Origin: Laetmonice hystrix
Lineage: Eukaryota
NCBI GenBank assembly: GCA_965235115.1
Contig: OZ249436.1
Span: forward strand, 37,140,001-37,204,000
Length of the DNA: 64,000 nucleotides
Reading direction: 5' to 3'
The notes under the pieces are model-generated. The model was not told the DNA's origin and ran no database searches. It saw nothing but the letters and a program-made list of their open reading frames with translations. Numbering within the stretch: the stretch's first letter is position 1; each line of letters opens with the position of its first letter. Of this stretch, positions 36,500-50,712 are shown piece after piece. The position numbers were made by a program, and so were the translations under genes.

Positions 36500-39400
36500 T
36501 CAAACCTCAACAGCAATTTCAATGATTTAATACGAGATACCTATACATATTAATGTAATAATCAGTTTTGTTACTTTGGCCTCCTCCTCCCCTCCCCATC
36601 CAATCCACCGACAACGCCAGTTTAGTGATGGCGTTTTTATATGGACTTCCTTGGTCTTTTTTTTTTCTTTGTTTTACTCGTCTAGTGTTTTGATATTCAT
36701 TCTGTAGCACCTGGCACAAATGCAACTTTTAGAGTTATATCTTGTTTGAACGTCATTATTGCTGTTGTGCATTTTATGCCGGTTTTCATTTGTCATTATC
36801 TGAACCGTCATATTCACACTCTGATCACTCCTTCAGATTGTTTTCTGCACGCGTCTGCTCGATTGTTTGTTCGTTCGTTGCTGTTCGTTCTGTAGAACCT
36901 GGCCATTGGGTATCAATACCAAACACATTCATTGCAAGTTTGAGGCATCACTGATGCCGGTTTTATAGGTTATATATTGGTGGAACGTCATTATTTCTGT
37001 TTTGCTTTTTATACCCGTTTTCATTTTTCATTGTCTCAACTGCCATGATCATTCATTGTCATATGTACACTCCTACATTGGCTGCATACGACGGAAATAA
37101 ACACCATTGCTTTTCCATATGTTGCGTTTTACCGAAGGATCAGTTTTCAAGTCACTTCTTTAAACTCAGTGTCATCCATCAACGTTTGCCTATTTCATAA
37201 CCTCTGAAGAACCCTAGGACATCAAGCAATTGACACTTTATTAATTGAGACTTAGCCAACTTAGTTAACTTAAGTTCTACTCGGCTTAAACTAAACCATT
37301 AAACATTAAATTATCAAACAAACGACCAAAGAACGAAGACCACCCATATGAAATAATGTGTCAATCATCGACAAAATCAACCTTCCATATAATGAAAATA
37401 CTACCAATGACAATGAAAAAGTTCCCTGTCTCTGAGGTATAAGGTAAGCAACATAAAAATCACAAACATTGTATTCAAACATGAAGACATTCAAAACATC
37501 GGAAACATCAATAGAATCAGGGAAATAAATAAAATCAATCGTCCCACCAAAATCATCAAAACAGTCACCCATCAGCGTGTGAAAATATCAACCTAGTGGC
37601 GACTCAAATGTAAGTATCATACATGACCGTTTGCCTGGAGTATCATTCTCCTGAACATTTTTCATAGTTTGTGTGCATGTATATCCGCTTTTTACGAATC
37701 AACACCTCACTCCATGATTCGATAGGGTACCATATTCACCAGTTTAGTATTAATGTTGTCTTTCTTGATAAATTTGTCTTTGTTCAACTGTTTTGATATT
37801 CATTCTACAGCACCTGGCTGCTGTGCATTATACCAACCACATTCAGCATAAGGTTGTGGCATTACTGATGCCTTTATAGTTTTATATCTTGTTTAAACGT
37901 CGTTATTCGTGTTGTGCTTTGTCTGAACTGTCATATTCACACCCTGCTCCCTCATTCAGATTTTGTTGCACGAGTCTTCTCGTTTTTGTTTTTTTTTCTT
38001 TTGTTTTTTTTTACTCTATCACTATCTTTGAATTTCATTTTCGAAATGGACAGTGACATTGGCTCCATGTGATGGGAATTAAACACCTTCGCTTTTCCAT
38101 GTTTCGCCAAAGTATTATCGAAGATCAGTTTTTGAAGTCACTCCTTTATACTTAACTAACTTAACTAAACCGAACCTAACTTATACGTAACTTCCAACAA
38201 CATGAAAACTACAAAGCAAGAAACGTCAAACATAGAAGACAAAAAACAGTCAATATTTCAAACAGAGACACAATCAACTTTCAAATAAAACTATTATATA
38301 AAAACAATGAAATAATCAACCTCAACCCACTCCATCAACATCCACAGCCCCTAATCTGCTGCAGTAGGCCTACTTGAAAGCAAACCAACATACCTTGCTC
38401 AAGGAATGCAATATTACATGGCGTTTCAAATTCATTCGAACATAAGCAGCATAAACATTAACCCCAACAAACATCTTATTCAAACATTAAAGCATTCAAA
38501 ACATCGGAAACATAAATAGAATCAGGGAAATAAATGAAATCAAATGCACACAAATACGTAATCAAACCAATCAAACCCGAGTGTGTGAAAATATCAAACC
38601 AGCATAAACATGCCTAATACATGTGCGACTCGTATACAAGAACACCGTATCATACATTTGACCGTTTGCCTCGAGTATCATTCTCCTGAGCATTTTTCAT
38701 AGTTTGTGTGCATGTATATCCGCTTTTTACGAATCCACACCTAACTCCATGATTCGATAGGGTACCATATTCACCAGTTTAGTATTAATGTTGTCTTTCT
38801 TGATGAATTTGTCTTTGTTCAACTGTTTTGATATTCATTCTGCAGCACCTGGCTCCTGTGCATTATACCAACCACATTCAGCATAAGTTTGTGGCATTAC
38901 TGATGCCTTTATAGGTTATATCTTGTTTAAACGTCGTTATTCGTGTTGTGCTTTGTCTGAACTGTCATATTCACACCCTGCTCCGTCATTCAGATTTTGC
39001 TGCACGAGTCTTCTCGTTTTTGTTTTTTTTTTCGTTTTTTTTTTACTCTGTCACTATCTTTGAATTTCATTTTCGAAATGGACAGTGACATTGGCTCCAT
39101 GTGATGGGAACTAAACACCTTCGCTTCTCCATTTTTCGCCAAAGTATTATCGAAGATCAGTTTTTGAAGTCACTCCTTTATACTTAACTAACTTAACTAA
39201 ACCGAACCTAACTTATACATAACTTCAACAACATGAAAACTACAAAGCAAGAAACGTCAAACATACAAGACAAAAAACATTAGACAATATTTCAAACAGA
39301 GACAAATCAACTTTCAAATAAAACATATATATAAAAACAATGAAATAATCAACCTCAACCCACTCCATCAACATCCACAGCCCCTAATCTGCTGCAGTAG

Positions 39401-42400
39401 GCCTACTTGAAAGCAAACCAACATACCTTGCTCAAGGAATGCAATATTACATGGCGTTTCAAATTCATTCGAACATAAGCAGCATAAAAATTAACCCCAA
39501 CAAACATCTTATTCAAACATTAAAGCATTCAAAACATCGGAAACATAAATAGAATCAGGGAAATAAATGAAATCAAATGCACACAAATACGTAATCAAAC
39601 CCCAGTGTGTGAAAATATCAAACCAGCATAAACATGCCTAATACATGTGCGACCCGTATACAAGAACACTGTATCATACATTTGACCGTTTGCCTCGAAT
39701 AGCATTCACCTGAGCATTGTTCATCGTTTGGGGAACATTCAAAACATCGAAAACATCAATAGAATCAGGAAAATACATAAAATCAATCACCCCACCAAAA
39801 TCATCAAAACAATCACCCATCAGCGTGTGAAAATATCAACCTAGTGGCGACTCAAATGTAAGTGTCATACATGACTTTGCCAGGAGTATCATTCTCCTGA
39901 GCATTTTTCATAGTTTGTGTGCATGTATATCCGCTTTTTACGAATCCACACCCAACTCCATGATTCGATAGGGTACCATATTCACCAGTTTAGTATTAAT
40001 GTTGTCTTTCTTAAAGAATTTGTCTTTGTTCAACTGTTTTGATATTCATTCTGCAGCACCTAGCTGCTGTGCATTATACCAACCACATTCAGCATAAGGT
40101 TGTGGCATTACTGATGCCTTTATAGTTTTATATCTTGTTTAAACGTCCTTATTCGTGTTGTGCTTTGTCTGAACTGTCATATTCACACCCTGCCCTCTCA
40201 TTCAGATTTTGCTGCACGAGTCTTCTCGTTTTTGTTTTTTTTCTTGTTTTTTTTACTCGGTCATAATCTTTGAATTTCATTTTCGAAATGGACAGTGACA
40301 TTGGCTGCATGTGATGGGAACTAAACACCTTCGCTTTTCCATGTTTCGTCAAAGGTTTACCGATGATCAGTTTTTGAAGTCACTCCTTTATACTTAACTG
40401 ACTTAACTAAACCGAACCTAACTTATACATAACTTCAACAACATGAAAACTACAAAGCAAGAAACGTCAAACATAGAAGACAAAAAACAGACAATATTTC
40501 AAACAGAGACACAATCAACTTTTAAATAAAACATATATAAAAACAATGAAATAATCAACCTCAACCCACTCCATCAACATCCACAGCCCCTAATCTGCTG
40601 CAGTAGGCCTACTTGAAAGCAAACCAACATACCTTGCTCAAGGAATGCAATATTACATGGCGTTTCAAATTCATTCGAACATAAGCAGCATAAAAATTAA
40701 CCCCAACAAACATCTTATTCAAACATTAAAGCATTCAAAACATCGGAAACATAAATAGAATCAGGGAAATAAATGAAATCAAATGCACACAAATACGTAA
40801 TCAAACCCCAGTGTGTGAAAATATCAAACCAGCATAAACATGCCTAATACATGTGCGACCCGTATACAAGAACACTGTATCATACATTTGACCGTTTGCC
40901 TCGAATAGCATTCACCTGAGCATTGTTCATCGTTTGGGGAACATTGAAAACATCAATAGAATCAGGAAAATACATAAAATCAATCACCCCACCAAAATCA
41001 TCAAAACAATCACCCATCAGCGTGTGAAAATATCAACCTAGTGGCGACTCAAATGTAAGTGTCATACATGACTTTGCCAGGAGTATCATTCTCCTGAGCA
41101 TTTTTCATAGTTTGTGTGCATGTATATCCGCTTTTTACGAATCCACACCTAACTCCATGATTCGATAGGGTACCATATTCACCAGTTTAGTATTAATGTT
41201 GTCTTTCTTAAAGAATTTGTCTTTGTTCAACTGTTTTGATATTCATTCTGCAGCACCTAGCTGCTGTGCATTATACCAACCACATTCAGCATAAGGTTGT
41301 GGCATTACTGATGCCTTTATAGTTTTATATCTTGTTTAAACGTCCTTATTCGTGTTGTGTTGAACATAAGCAGCATAAACAGTAACCCCAACCAACATCT
41401 TATTCAAACATTAAAGCATTTAAAACATCGGAAACATAAATAGAACCAGGGAAATAAATGAAATCAAATGCACACAAATACGTAATCAAACCAATTAAAC
41501 CCCAGTGTGTGAAAATATCAAACCAGCATAAACATGCCTAATACATGTGCGACTCGTATACATTTACACCGTATCATACATTTGACCGTTTGCCTCGAGT
41601 AGCATTCTCCTGAGCATTGTTCATCGTTTGGGGAACTCCAGAGTATGGCTACACCTTTTTACAAATTCTCGGTCAGTTTAGTATTAATGTCTTTCTTTGT
41701 CATTTTCTTTTTGTGTTTGACTCTACATTTTGTTGTTTTGATATTCATTCTGCAGCCCCTGGCAGCTGTGCATTGCACCAATCACATTCAGTGCAAGTCT
41801 GTGGCATGACTGATGCCGTTATAGGTTATATCTTGTTTAAACGTCCTTATTTGTTTCACGTTTAACTGATACATCAGTACTTTCTCAAGTCATTTTATTA
41901 AACCCAATTGTCATGTGGCGATTTTTGCCGATTTCATAAACTATAAAGAAACACATGAGATCAAAGAATTGACATTTTATTAATTGAGACTTATACTTAT
42001 CTTAAACCAAACTTAACCTAACTTATATTCTTAACTTAAACTAAACCATGGATCTGAACACAATCAACCTTCAACATATGAAAATACTACATCCAAAAAC
42101 AGTGAAAGAATCAACTCAACAGTGTAGGTAAACGATGCATAGGTCAAACTGCAACCCACTTTACTTGAAAGCAAACCAACACTCATCTCTTTGAATAATC
42201 GTGTCCTCAAGGGCAGCAGGCAGGAAGGTAACCACTAAGGTGAACAGTAGACAGTCAAGCAAGAGGGTATATCGACAGGCAGGCAGGCTGAAAGACAGGC
42301 CAGCAGCCAGACAGACACACAGATTACCGATCAGGAAGGCAGACAGGTAGTAAGGCAGACAGACAGGCAGGAAGGAACGATCGCAGACAGGCAGGCAGTC

Positions 42401-43800
42401 AAGCAGGCGGTAAGGCAGGCAGGCAGGCGGCCAAGTAGTGAAAGCAGGCACGCAGGAAAGCAGGGGATTGGCCAGGCAGGACGGCACGCAGATTGGCACA
42501 CCTAGGCACACCGCTCCACACACCCACCCACCCACCCAAAACCCCACATTACCACATGTCCACCAGAGTACCCAGCGGACCACCCCCCCCAACCAGACAA
42601 CCCGCCCAACCGGCCACCCATCTGACCACACACCCACCCTAAAACCCATCGATCCACCCGACAAACCCGAAAACCGACCCGAAAAGCAACCCATCCGACC
42701 GTCCGAGCGACCGACCAGCCAACCAACCGCATCTTATAACCTGAGAAAAACATGAACTCAAAACAACCATCAATATGTGGAACTATATACAAAATCGTAT
42801 GCATTTGATCAAGGTACCATACATAACATAAGAGCAAGCACACAGAACGTTTTAAACATCATTAAAACTCATCTATCAGGATATCAACACATGTCTAATA
42901 CAGTCATACAAGTATCAAACAAGTTATTGAAACTAAAACAATAAACTCAGCATGTGAAAATATCAAATCAACATGGTCATACACAGTAACTGATGCAAGT
43001 ATCATACAAGATTATTAAACTTAAAAAATATATCATAACATTAAAAAAAGCAATAATAAACATACAACGAAATAAAATCAATTGGCCTATATAAGAAACG
43101 ACATGCAATTTGTTAGACCGGTTTAATACTTATCACCCTGTCTTTTGTGACAGTATCATATTATTTGTGGAAGGTACTTCTTTTCCTACCCCAAGTCAGT
43201 TTAGTATTGTCTTTCTTTTGGCGTTTGACTCTTTACATGTTGTTGTTTTGATATTCATTCTGCAGCACCTGGCTGCGGTGCTGTACCGTATGTTCACACC
43301 CAATATACTATTATATTTGCTCAATTGTACCAATTCTTCATCGTTTATTTCTTGTGTCACCTGTGTCATCCTTTGCCTGTTGTAAGACCTTTGTGGCAAT
43401 TCCTGGATTTTCATCATGCTTCAACTTTTGTTAATCTTATAACCTCTGTTGGAATCAAGATATCAAGCAATAGACATTTTGATTATAAAATGAGCAACTT
43501 AAAAAGGTTAGGAACTTAACGTAACAACCAAACAAAAGACCATAGTGATAAGTCAAAACTGATACATTGTTTTAAACACGGCCCCGAACAATGGTAAGCA
43601 TGTGAAAATATCACATACAAAATCAATGAAAATCAATATCACATACAAAATCAATGAAAATCGATAATAAACATATTGGTTATGTAGGCTACTATCATAC
43701 ATGGGCCAAACCTCGACCCACTCAACATTCATACAAGCCCTAAATCTGCTGCAGTGTTTTAAAGCAACCCCACACAAAAGGAACATAAATACAAACGCAC
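36500..43800. repeat. Complex macrosatellite / tandem duplication with ~1.0-1.2-kb unit
   Basis: The marker TTGATATTCATTCT(G/A)CAGCACCT and close variants recur at ~36690, 37794, 38829, 40039, 41236, 41739 and 43249. Central copies (~37470-41360) are nearly identical; edge copies are diverged. Confidence 0.9.
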
Positions 43801-43852
43801 TCTTTCAAACATTTGAACCTGTAGGTTATTCTTCACGTTGGCACCCTAGGTT

Positions 43853-44436
43853 TGTGTTAAACCTGAGCATGTTGACATACTTGATTTGTGCCTTTTTATT
43901 GTTATGCTGATGCACCAGTTTTTGTCAGTGATTTCATGCTTAAACCTAAGCATGTTGGCACCCTTGCTTTGTGTCTTTATTGTTATGCTCATTCACCAGT
44001 TTTTTCAGCGATCTCATGTTTAACCCAGAGTCATGTCGACACCCTCGGTTAGTGTCGTTAATATTAGAGTGATGTACCAGTTTTTCTCAGCGATTTCTGT
44101 TTTAACATGAGCACGTTGCACCCTTGGTTTTTATTTTTATACTCATTTTCTGTTTTTTTTCAGCGATTTCATGTTTAAACCTGAGTCGTGGTGACCCCTT
44201 GGTTTGTGTCGTTATTATAGTGATGTACCAGTTTTTTTCAGCGATTTCTGTTTTAACATGAGCGCGTTGCACCCGTGGTTTGTATTTATATACTAATTGT
44301 CTGGGGTTTTTTTTAGCGATTTCATGTTTAAACCTGTCATGGTGACACCCTTGGTTTGTGTCCTTATAATGTTATACTGATGTACCAGTTTTTGTCAGCG
44401 ATTTTGTGTTTAAACCCAAGCACGTTGGCACCCTTG
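43853..44436 (+). repeat. ~78-bp minisatellite, ~7.5 diverged copies with an A/B dimer pattern
   Basis: CAGCGATTTC-type anchor at ~43925, 44006, 44088, 44161, 44239, 44314 and 44396. Confidence 0.85.
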
Positions 44437-46409
44437 AAATCCTTGAAGAGGCCAAAGAACCTTATCTTCACACGTTCAAAGAGACCTACACTAACACATT
44501 CAGACTTACATTCAAAACTTAAAAACAAATCACAAGCCATACAATAAACTATGATACACACAATTGTGTAATACACATCGATACAAACATCACGTGAATC
44601 ATCATCATCAAAATAAGAAAAGATTAAATCAACAGGTGCCCTGTTTCAGTGGCAGTGTATGAAAGCCAAAGAACACCTTATGTTTGCACTGTTCATGGTC
44701 ATAAAACATGAGGAACTTAAATTTTAACATAACTTAAATAAATCTTAACAACAATCTAGCCCCTAAGATGCCCTATACATTTTGTAAAAAGTCAAACCTT
44801 AGTATTGGATCTCACGGTTACTTTCTCAGGATTAAGAAGGCTAGAATTTGCCTGAAAAAAAGCAAGCATACAAAAGATTATACTATCAGATAATATCCAA
44901 TTGTTATCTGAATAATGGATATTATGATCAACATGACCAATCTGAAGAATACAGGTTAATAAGCCATAGGCCAACCGATGGCACCAAACACATGCCTTCA
45001 CGCATTACCAAGTCATGATTGTGTAGGCCTACATGTGTACTTCTGCTTCAACCATCATCAAACCAAACCTTAAACAAGGGAAGCAGACATAAGTGGGAAG
45101 ACAGGAAGTTAAGCAGGCAGCCATCTGGGAAGGTAGAGCAGCCGTAGGGCAGGGACATGGCCAGGCAGACAAGCATGCAGGTTTGCAGGGATTGGCCTCA
45201 CGCAACCACACACTCAGCCACCCACCCACCGACCCGAACTTACCACCAACCAGCCCACCATCTGACCGCCTGCCACCTGACGTGTGTCCACCCTCCGACC
45301 CAACCACCCAGCTGATCACCGGCCTAGTTACCTGAAAACCAACAGGAAAACCAGCCCATCTAACTACCTATGAATATTTATAATCTAGGCCTGAATAATG
45401 CCCCAACAATGAAATTAGGCCTATCATCAAGCCAAAAATGTAAATTCACGTACCTTTTCTGCCGTTTATGCAGGTTTTAGGGCGTGCTTTCCAACTTGTC
45501 AGCCTTTAGCCATCATCTAGTTGCATAATGACCACCTCAAGGAAGCTCGGGTTATGAATTTGGGGAGATAAATATTCAAAATATGAAATGAAACCTGAAG
45601 GGAACAGTTTCAGCAACAATGATCTTGTCATATTGAGGTCAACAGTTGTTTACGGTGAGAAAACATTACAATATGAAATAAAACCTGAAGGGAACAGTTT
45701 TTATGGCAGCAAGTAACTGACAAACTTTGTCTCATCGAGGTCCGAATGGAATACGAACCTGAGAGGCCAAAGAGCTCAGAGGCCTGGCTCACTTGGTCAC
45801 TGCAATTGTTTTGTCAGAAATGTTCACGAAAAGGCATAGAAGCTGAAGGTGAACTAATGTCATAGTCAAGCTACCTACTTCCCTGACCACCGGATCTGGC
45901 GTCTAAACAACACACGATTACCCACTGGTGACATCTATAAGCATCTTTGGCACAGGATGCCGGCTGTCGGAGCGAGGAGGAACCCTTGCCGAACAGTCCC
46001 GTACATTGCCCCTCCTCTCTGGGACACACTGTCCCCCTAGTCTGTATGGCCAATGAACAGTTTGAACTGTATGAACAGTTGACTGCCCGATTCTAACAAC
46101 TTTTACCAGCAGCATGTGAGGACAGACTACGAAAGGTGGGGGGGTGGGGGGTTAGGACAAACACCGCCACTGCAGTATAATTGAAGCCTGCTGATCACCC
46201 AACACCGACTGTGATGCAACAAATTACGACGCGACAGTTACCCAGACAGCGGCCAGTGTGAACATTCTGACTTTAAGGTATAGTTTAACAATTGTTTATA
46301 CATCACAGTACAGTGACGTCAACCTAGCGTTGGGACAACTTACCGCCCAATCTACCCACCATTTATCAACCAACCAGCTAAGTAATTAAACAACCAACCA
46401 ATCATTTTC

Positions 46410-48290
46410 CCTTTTTCGTGACAGGTTCCAGGTAGATGGACAACTGAAAACAAGAAAGGTTGGATGGTTAATAAAATGATTTAAAATGATACACACGTAA
46501 ATCATTTGTCAAAAAACGAAGCCTATGCCCATTTGTTGATAGGGGCCTGCATTCCTGAAAATATCTGAGCACTGATGTGAGAATTACTCGGATGATTTGA
46601 CAATTACTGAAGTAAGGAGTAGCTTGTTCATAATAGCTCTTCAAACTTTGAATAATACCCGAATGTGTGCACCTGATCGATCAGAAACTCGCCTTCATTT
46701 TGTAGTGGCCCAAGCTTGAATGAAACCAGCAGTGTCGGCCTAGGCTATCTGGAAATAAATAAATGCATAAAGTAAATAAAAAAAAGTGAATAAAAAAAAT
46801 ATAAAAAAATAAAAATTTAAAAACAATAAAGTATAAGAAAAAATAAATAAAAAACAACCACAACATCCAACCAGCCTATTATGTAGTCATAATTTGCTTA
46901 TAATAGTGGTCCTATCTTAAATAGCCTTTGTAGGTGTGGGAAACATGGTTTATCAATTGACTTCATTCATTCCTTCTGACAGACATTGATGTGTATAATT
47001 AGTCCATACCTTTGCTCATCTCTGTGGATAATCCTATAATAGATGCCCTCAGCGGCAGCAGGCAGGCATGAAGGCAGTTAGTTGCCCTCTTTCGTGACGG
47101 GTTCCAGGTAGATGGACAACTCAAAACAAAAGCGGTCGGATGGTCTATAAAATGATTTACTGAGAAGATTCGGAAATTACTGAAATAAGGAATAGCCAGG
47201 TTCGCAAGAGCTCTTCAAGGACACAAACTTCCAATAATACACAAATGTGTGCACCTGATCAATCAGAAACTCACCTTGATTATGCAGGAAACCAGCAGTG
47301 TAGGCGTACGCTGTATGGAAATAAATAAATGCATAAAGTAAATAAAAAAGAGTGGATAAAAATAATATGCAATTTTTTTTTAATGAAAAATTAAAAAAAT
47401 AAATTAAAAAAATAAATAAATCCGTCACAAAACCGTCATGTACAATCTGTTTCCCTAAAATAAAATAATTTCTTTCATTTAAACCAAACGCCATTTGAGA
47501 TTGGACCTTATTTCATAAGGCATGTCCCAGCCTTGCAGTGACCTGGGCTGAATGTCTTTCTAAAGATAATTTCGGCCTACCTACCTCCGATTTCAAGGCC
47601 TATTTGGTTCTTCCTTGCTACCAGTTGAGGTACGGTCAAGCACTTTTTTGTTCAGGTGAAGTTCAATTAGTTTCAATGACGGAAAGCTGCGAGACTACGA
47701 CCTCTGTCTATGAATGCCAGGTAGCAACTGACTACTGCGACTCAACCCCGGTCGAACTGGCTGAGTTTCCCGCGACGCATGCGCAAGGTGTCCCCGTCGC
47801 TGTGATGAGAGTAGATGTAAAAGTAAATGTAAAACTTCTCTCGCCTTACAGCGAGGCTACGGAATATTATCAATCATCATCGAAATAAGAAAAGATAGGC
47901 CTATAATCAACAGGTTCTCTGTCTCTGGGGCAATGTATGAGGATGATCCATGGATACATGCATGCAGTATAAATACCACAACATCCAACCAGCCTATAAC
48001 TGGCTGGTTGGATGTTAGAGGCCAACTTCCTACCTCGACATATAACTTCACGTAGCCTACGTAAAGAAAATTTAGGTCTGCTTACCTCTGATGGCCTGTG
48101 TAGTTGTCCGTGGCTACCAACGCAAGTGAGGTTTTGCCAAGCAGTCGAGTTCTTTGTTCCGTTTGAGTTGAATTGGTTTCAATGACGGAAAGCTGTGCTC
48201 CTATGACCTCTCTCTATGAATGCCAGGTAGTCGACTGGCGACTGGCACGCCGGCCCAAACTGGTTCGCATTTTCCCGCCACGCATGCGCA
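46410..48290 (+). repeat. Diverged local duplications (~46410-46880 vs ~47090-47420; ~47610-47785 vs ~48110-48290)
   Basis: Shared TTCGTGAC.GGTTCCAGGTAGATGGACAACT, TGTGTGCACCTGATC.ATCAGAAACTC, GTTTCAATGACGGAAAGCTG and TTTCCCGC.ACGCATGCGCA. Confidence 0.85.
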
Positions 48291-50181
48291 TCGGTCAGAT
48301 TTAATTAATATTCATGTATTTCTTTTGCCTCGTCCGCAGGGACGGTGGATTTCATGCTTCACTGAACTGTTGGAAATGGCCGGTCATAGAAAATGCAAAA
48401 CGTTGACCGAAATATTATATGTCCTTGGGATATTTCTTTCATTCACTTATGTTCGTCCTCTTCAGAGCGAGAACATTCACCAGTGCGGATGGTTCACGAT
48501 AGTATGGTTTGAATATCAGTCCCATTGTCGATGTGTAAAGATATATCGGCCACGTCGTTCGTACCACATACTCCCTTGATTGGCTCATGTCACCACTCCA
48601 CCGCACTGCCCACCTCCCAACTCACCCCCTCCCACCCAAGTACACGTGTACAGTCTACTGACCGGTCATTGTTTTTGCATACATATCCACTGGCCCTATC
48701 GCCTGGTGTTCCCCTTTGCCTACCGCCACCTGTAATCCACGTACACGTTGGGGGGGGGGGGGGGGGTCTGGATGGCGTTCCCAGTAAGTCAAGGAGGAAC
48801 GAAGTCTGTTATGTCATTCACTGGGCCGGCTTCCATTCGCAGTGACACACGTATCTTTGCTTTGGCCAGCACAGTTGTTCGGTCTAAGTGATGTAATATA
48901 GCCTATATGGGGGGGGGGGGGGCGGAAGAGTGCTGTTCACCTCAATATCAGACATTCAGCCTTGTAGAAAATGTCTCACGTATACGATGGCTCAAAAAAT
49001 ATTCCTGACTCCCGTATAAAATAGAGGCCGACAAGCGTAGGCGCCGGAGAATATTCAGAGTAGGGGGCAGCCCGAGATCTGATACCAGCTAGGGGGCAAA
49101 GGCTTTCACAGCTACAATTAGATCAAATCAGATGCTTCACATAGATATTATGATTTACAGATCTACATGTAACATTCATCGATTACAAAGGACAATTATC
49201 ACTCCGACCTATTATCCGTGAAAGTTGTCTTTTCTTTATGTCAAGAATATCCATGTCTGTGTTGGCCTGTCTCACATCTACACTTCTACTGCGAAAAGGT
49301 TTATGCCAATAGAAGCATCAGGTAGGGTAAAGGTTCCTGCAACTTGGGCTATCTCCTCTTCTGTGCCAAAGTGTACGCTCCTCAAACTGCCCATAATGTC
49401 TGCTACATAGTCTCCCATGTTAAATGGCTATTTTATTTTTATTGCAATTTTCACTTTCATGACGTTTTTTGTTCGCCGACGTCGGCGTTTCGGTCGCCAT
49501 TTTGTCGGTTGCTATAAAGGATGCCAGTTGGTAAACATTCCAAATTGGAGTCAATGGAGCGTGTCCCAGAGTGACCAGTGTCCAGGGCCATTGGCCCGCG
49601 CTAAATTTAAATGAAAACTGCGTGGCCCGTGACCGCCTCTATTGTTATGGAGTCCTTGGTTTATGCATGGAACTGGTTTAAAGTGATATTTGCACGTCGT
49701 GTGGAATGACACAAGACGGCTACTGACTGATCATTTCGGAGCATTTTACCCTCCATTTAGGCGAATAATGGTACTCAAAGTGCAAACCCGTGCAGCGCTA
49801 GGGTGACGTATGTAGGTTATACTCCATCGTCCGTGGAGGCACTCATCCAGCCTATACAGGATTTTCAGCAGGGGGGTCTCAGGAAATTTTTAAAAATTAG
49901 AAGCTCTGAGACGCGATTCCCCGCCATTTAGGGGCCATTTTAGGGCATTAGATTTTGTGCATACATCGCTCAACGGGTTCAAAACAGCAGGAATGCTTAG
50001 AAAAAATCGCTCAACCGGTTCAAAACGGTGGGAATGTTTAGAACAAATCTATGCCCTGTGGGAGCAGGGGGTCTGGACCCCCTGGACCATCCCCCGAAAC
50101 TCGTTGGAACGGCTTGGAGACGTGAAGGAGCTATGAAACAGGATGCGACATTATTCTGTTCGGCATTTACAGAAACTTTAA

Positions 50182-50712
50182 AGGGGCATATTATGAGGAA
50201 ACGTGAAAAATCGGTATTTCAAAGAACTTTTGCTGTTTTCATCAAGAGATCCTTCATTAATATTGCTTGGTAAACAAAGACATCAGTTATCAGTTTCATT
50301 TTGCGTGACAAATCGAAGTTTATGAAGCTCCCTTGCCCGCTTTTCTGCCGATTTCGTAAAATATTTTTTGGGTGGCATTCTGATGCCGGACAATCGAGTG
50401 CAACTGCTGAATTGTTCACAACTAAACGAAGCACGTGACTAATCACATGCAGAGAGTGCAGACGCTGGATGTGACACAGTATGCAATTACACGGGTTGAT
50501 GGGAGGTTGTCTATAGCAAATTATGGCGGGAGATGTGCTATCGGGAGAAATCTATAGGTTTGGTCGTATAGAATCTACTTGTGCTGCATACGCAGCGAAA
50601 ACACGTCGGAGGACAAAATGCTGTGGTAGGATTATTTACTTGGATCCCTAGTACATGATCATGTTGGATAATTGCCGGAAATCTAAAAAGACGTGTTTCA
50701 TAGCATGCCCCT
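50182..50712. mobile_element. Kolobok-like MITE with TTAA TSD
   Basis: TTAA|AGGGGCATATTATGAGGAAACGT ... ACGTGTTTCATAGCATGCCCCT|TTAA. RR..YY termini in a TTAA site. Confidence 0.75.
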
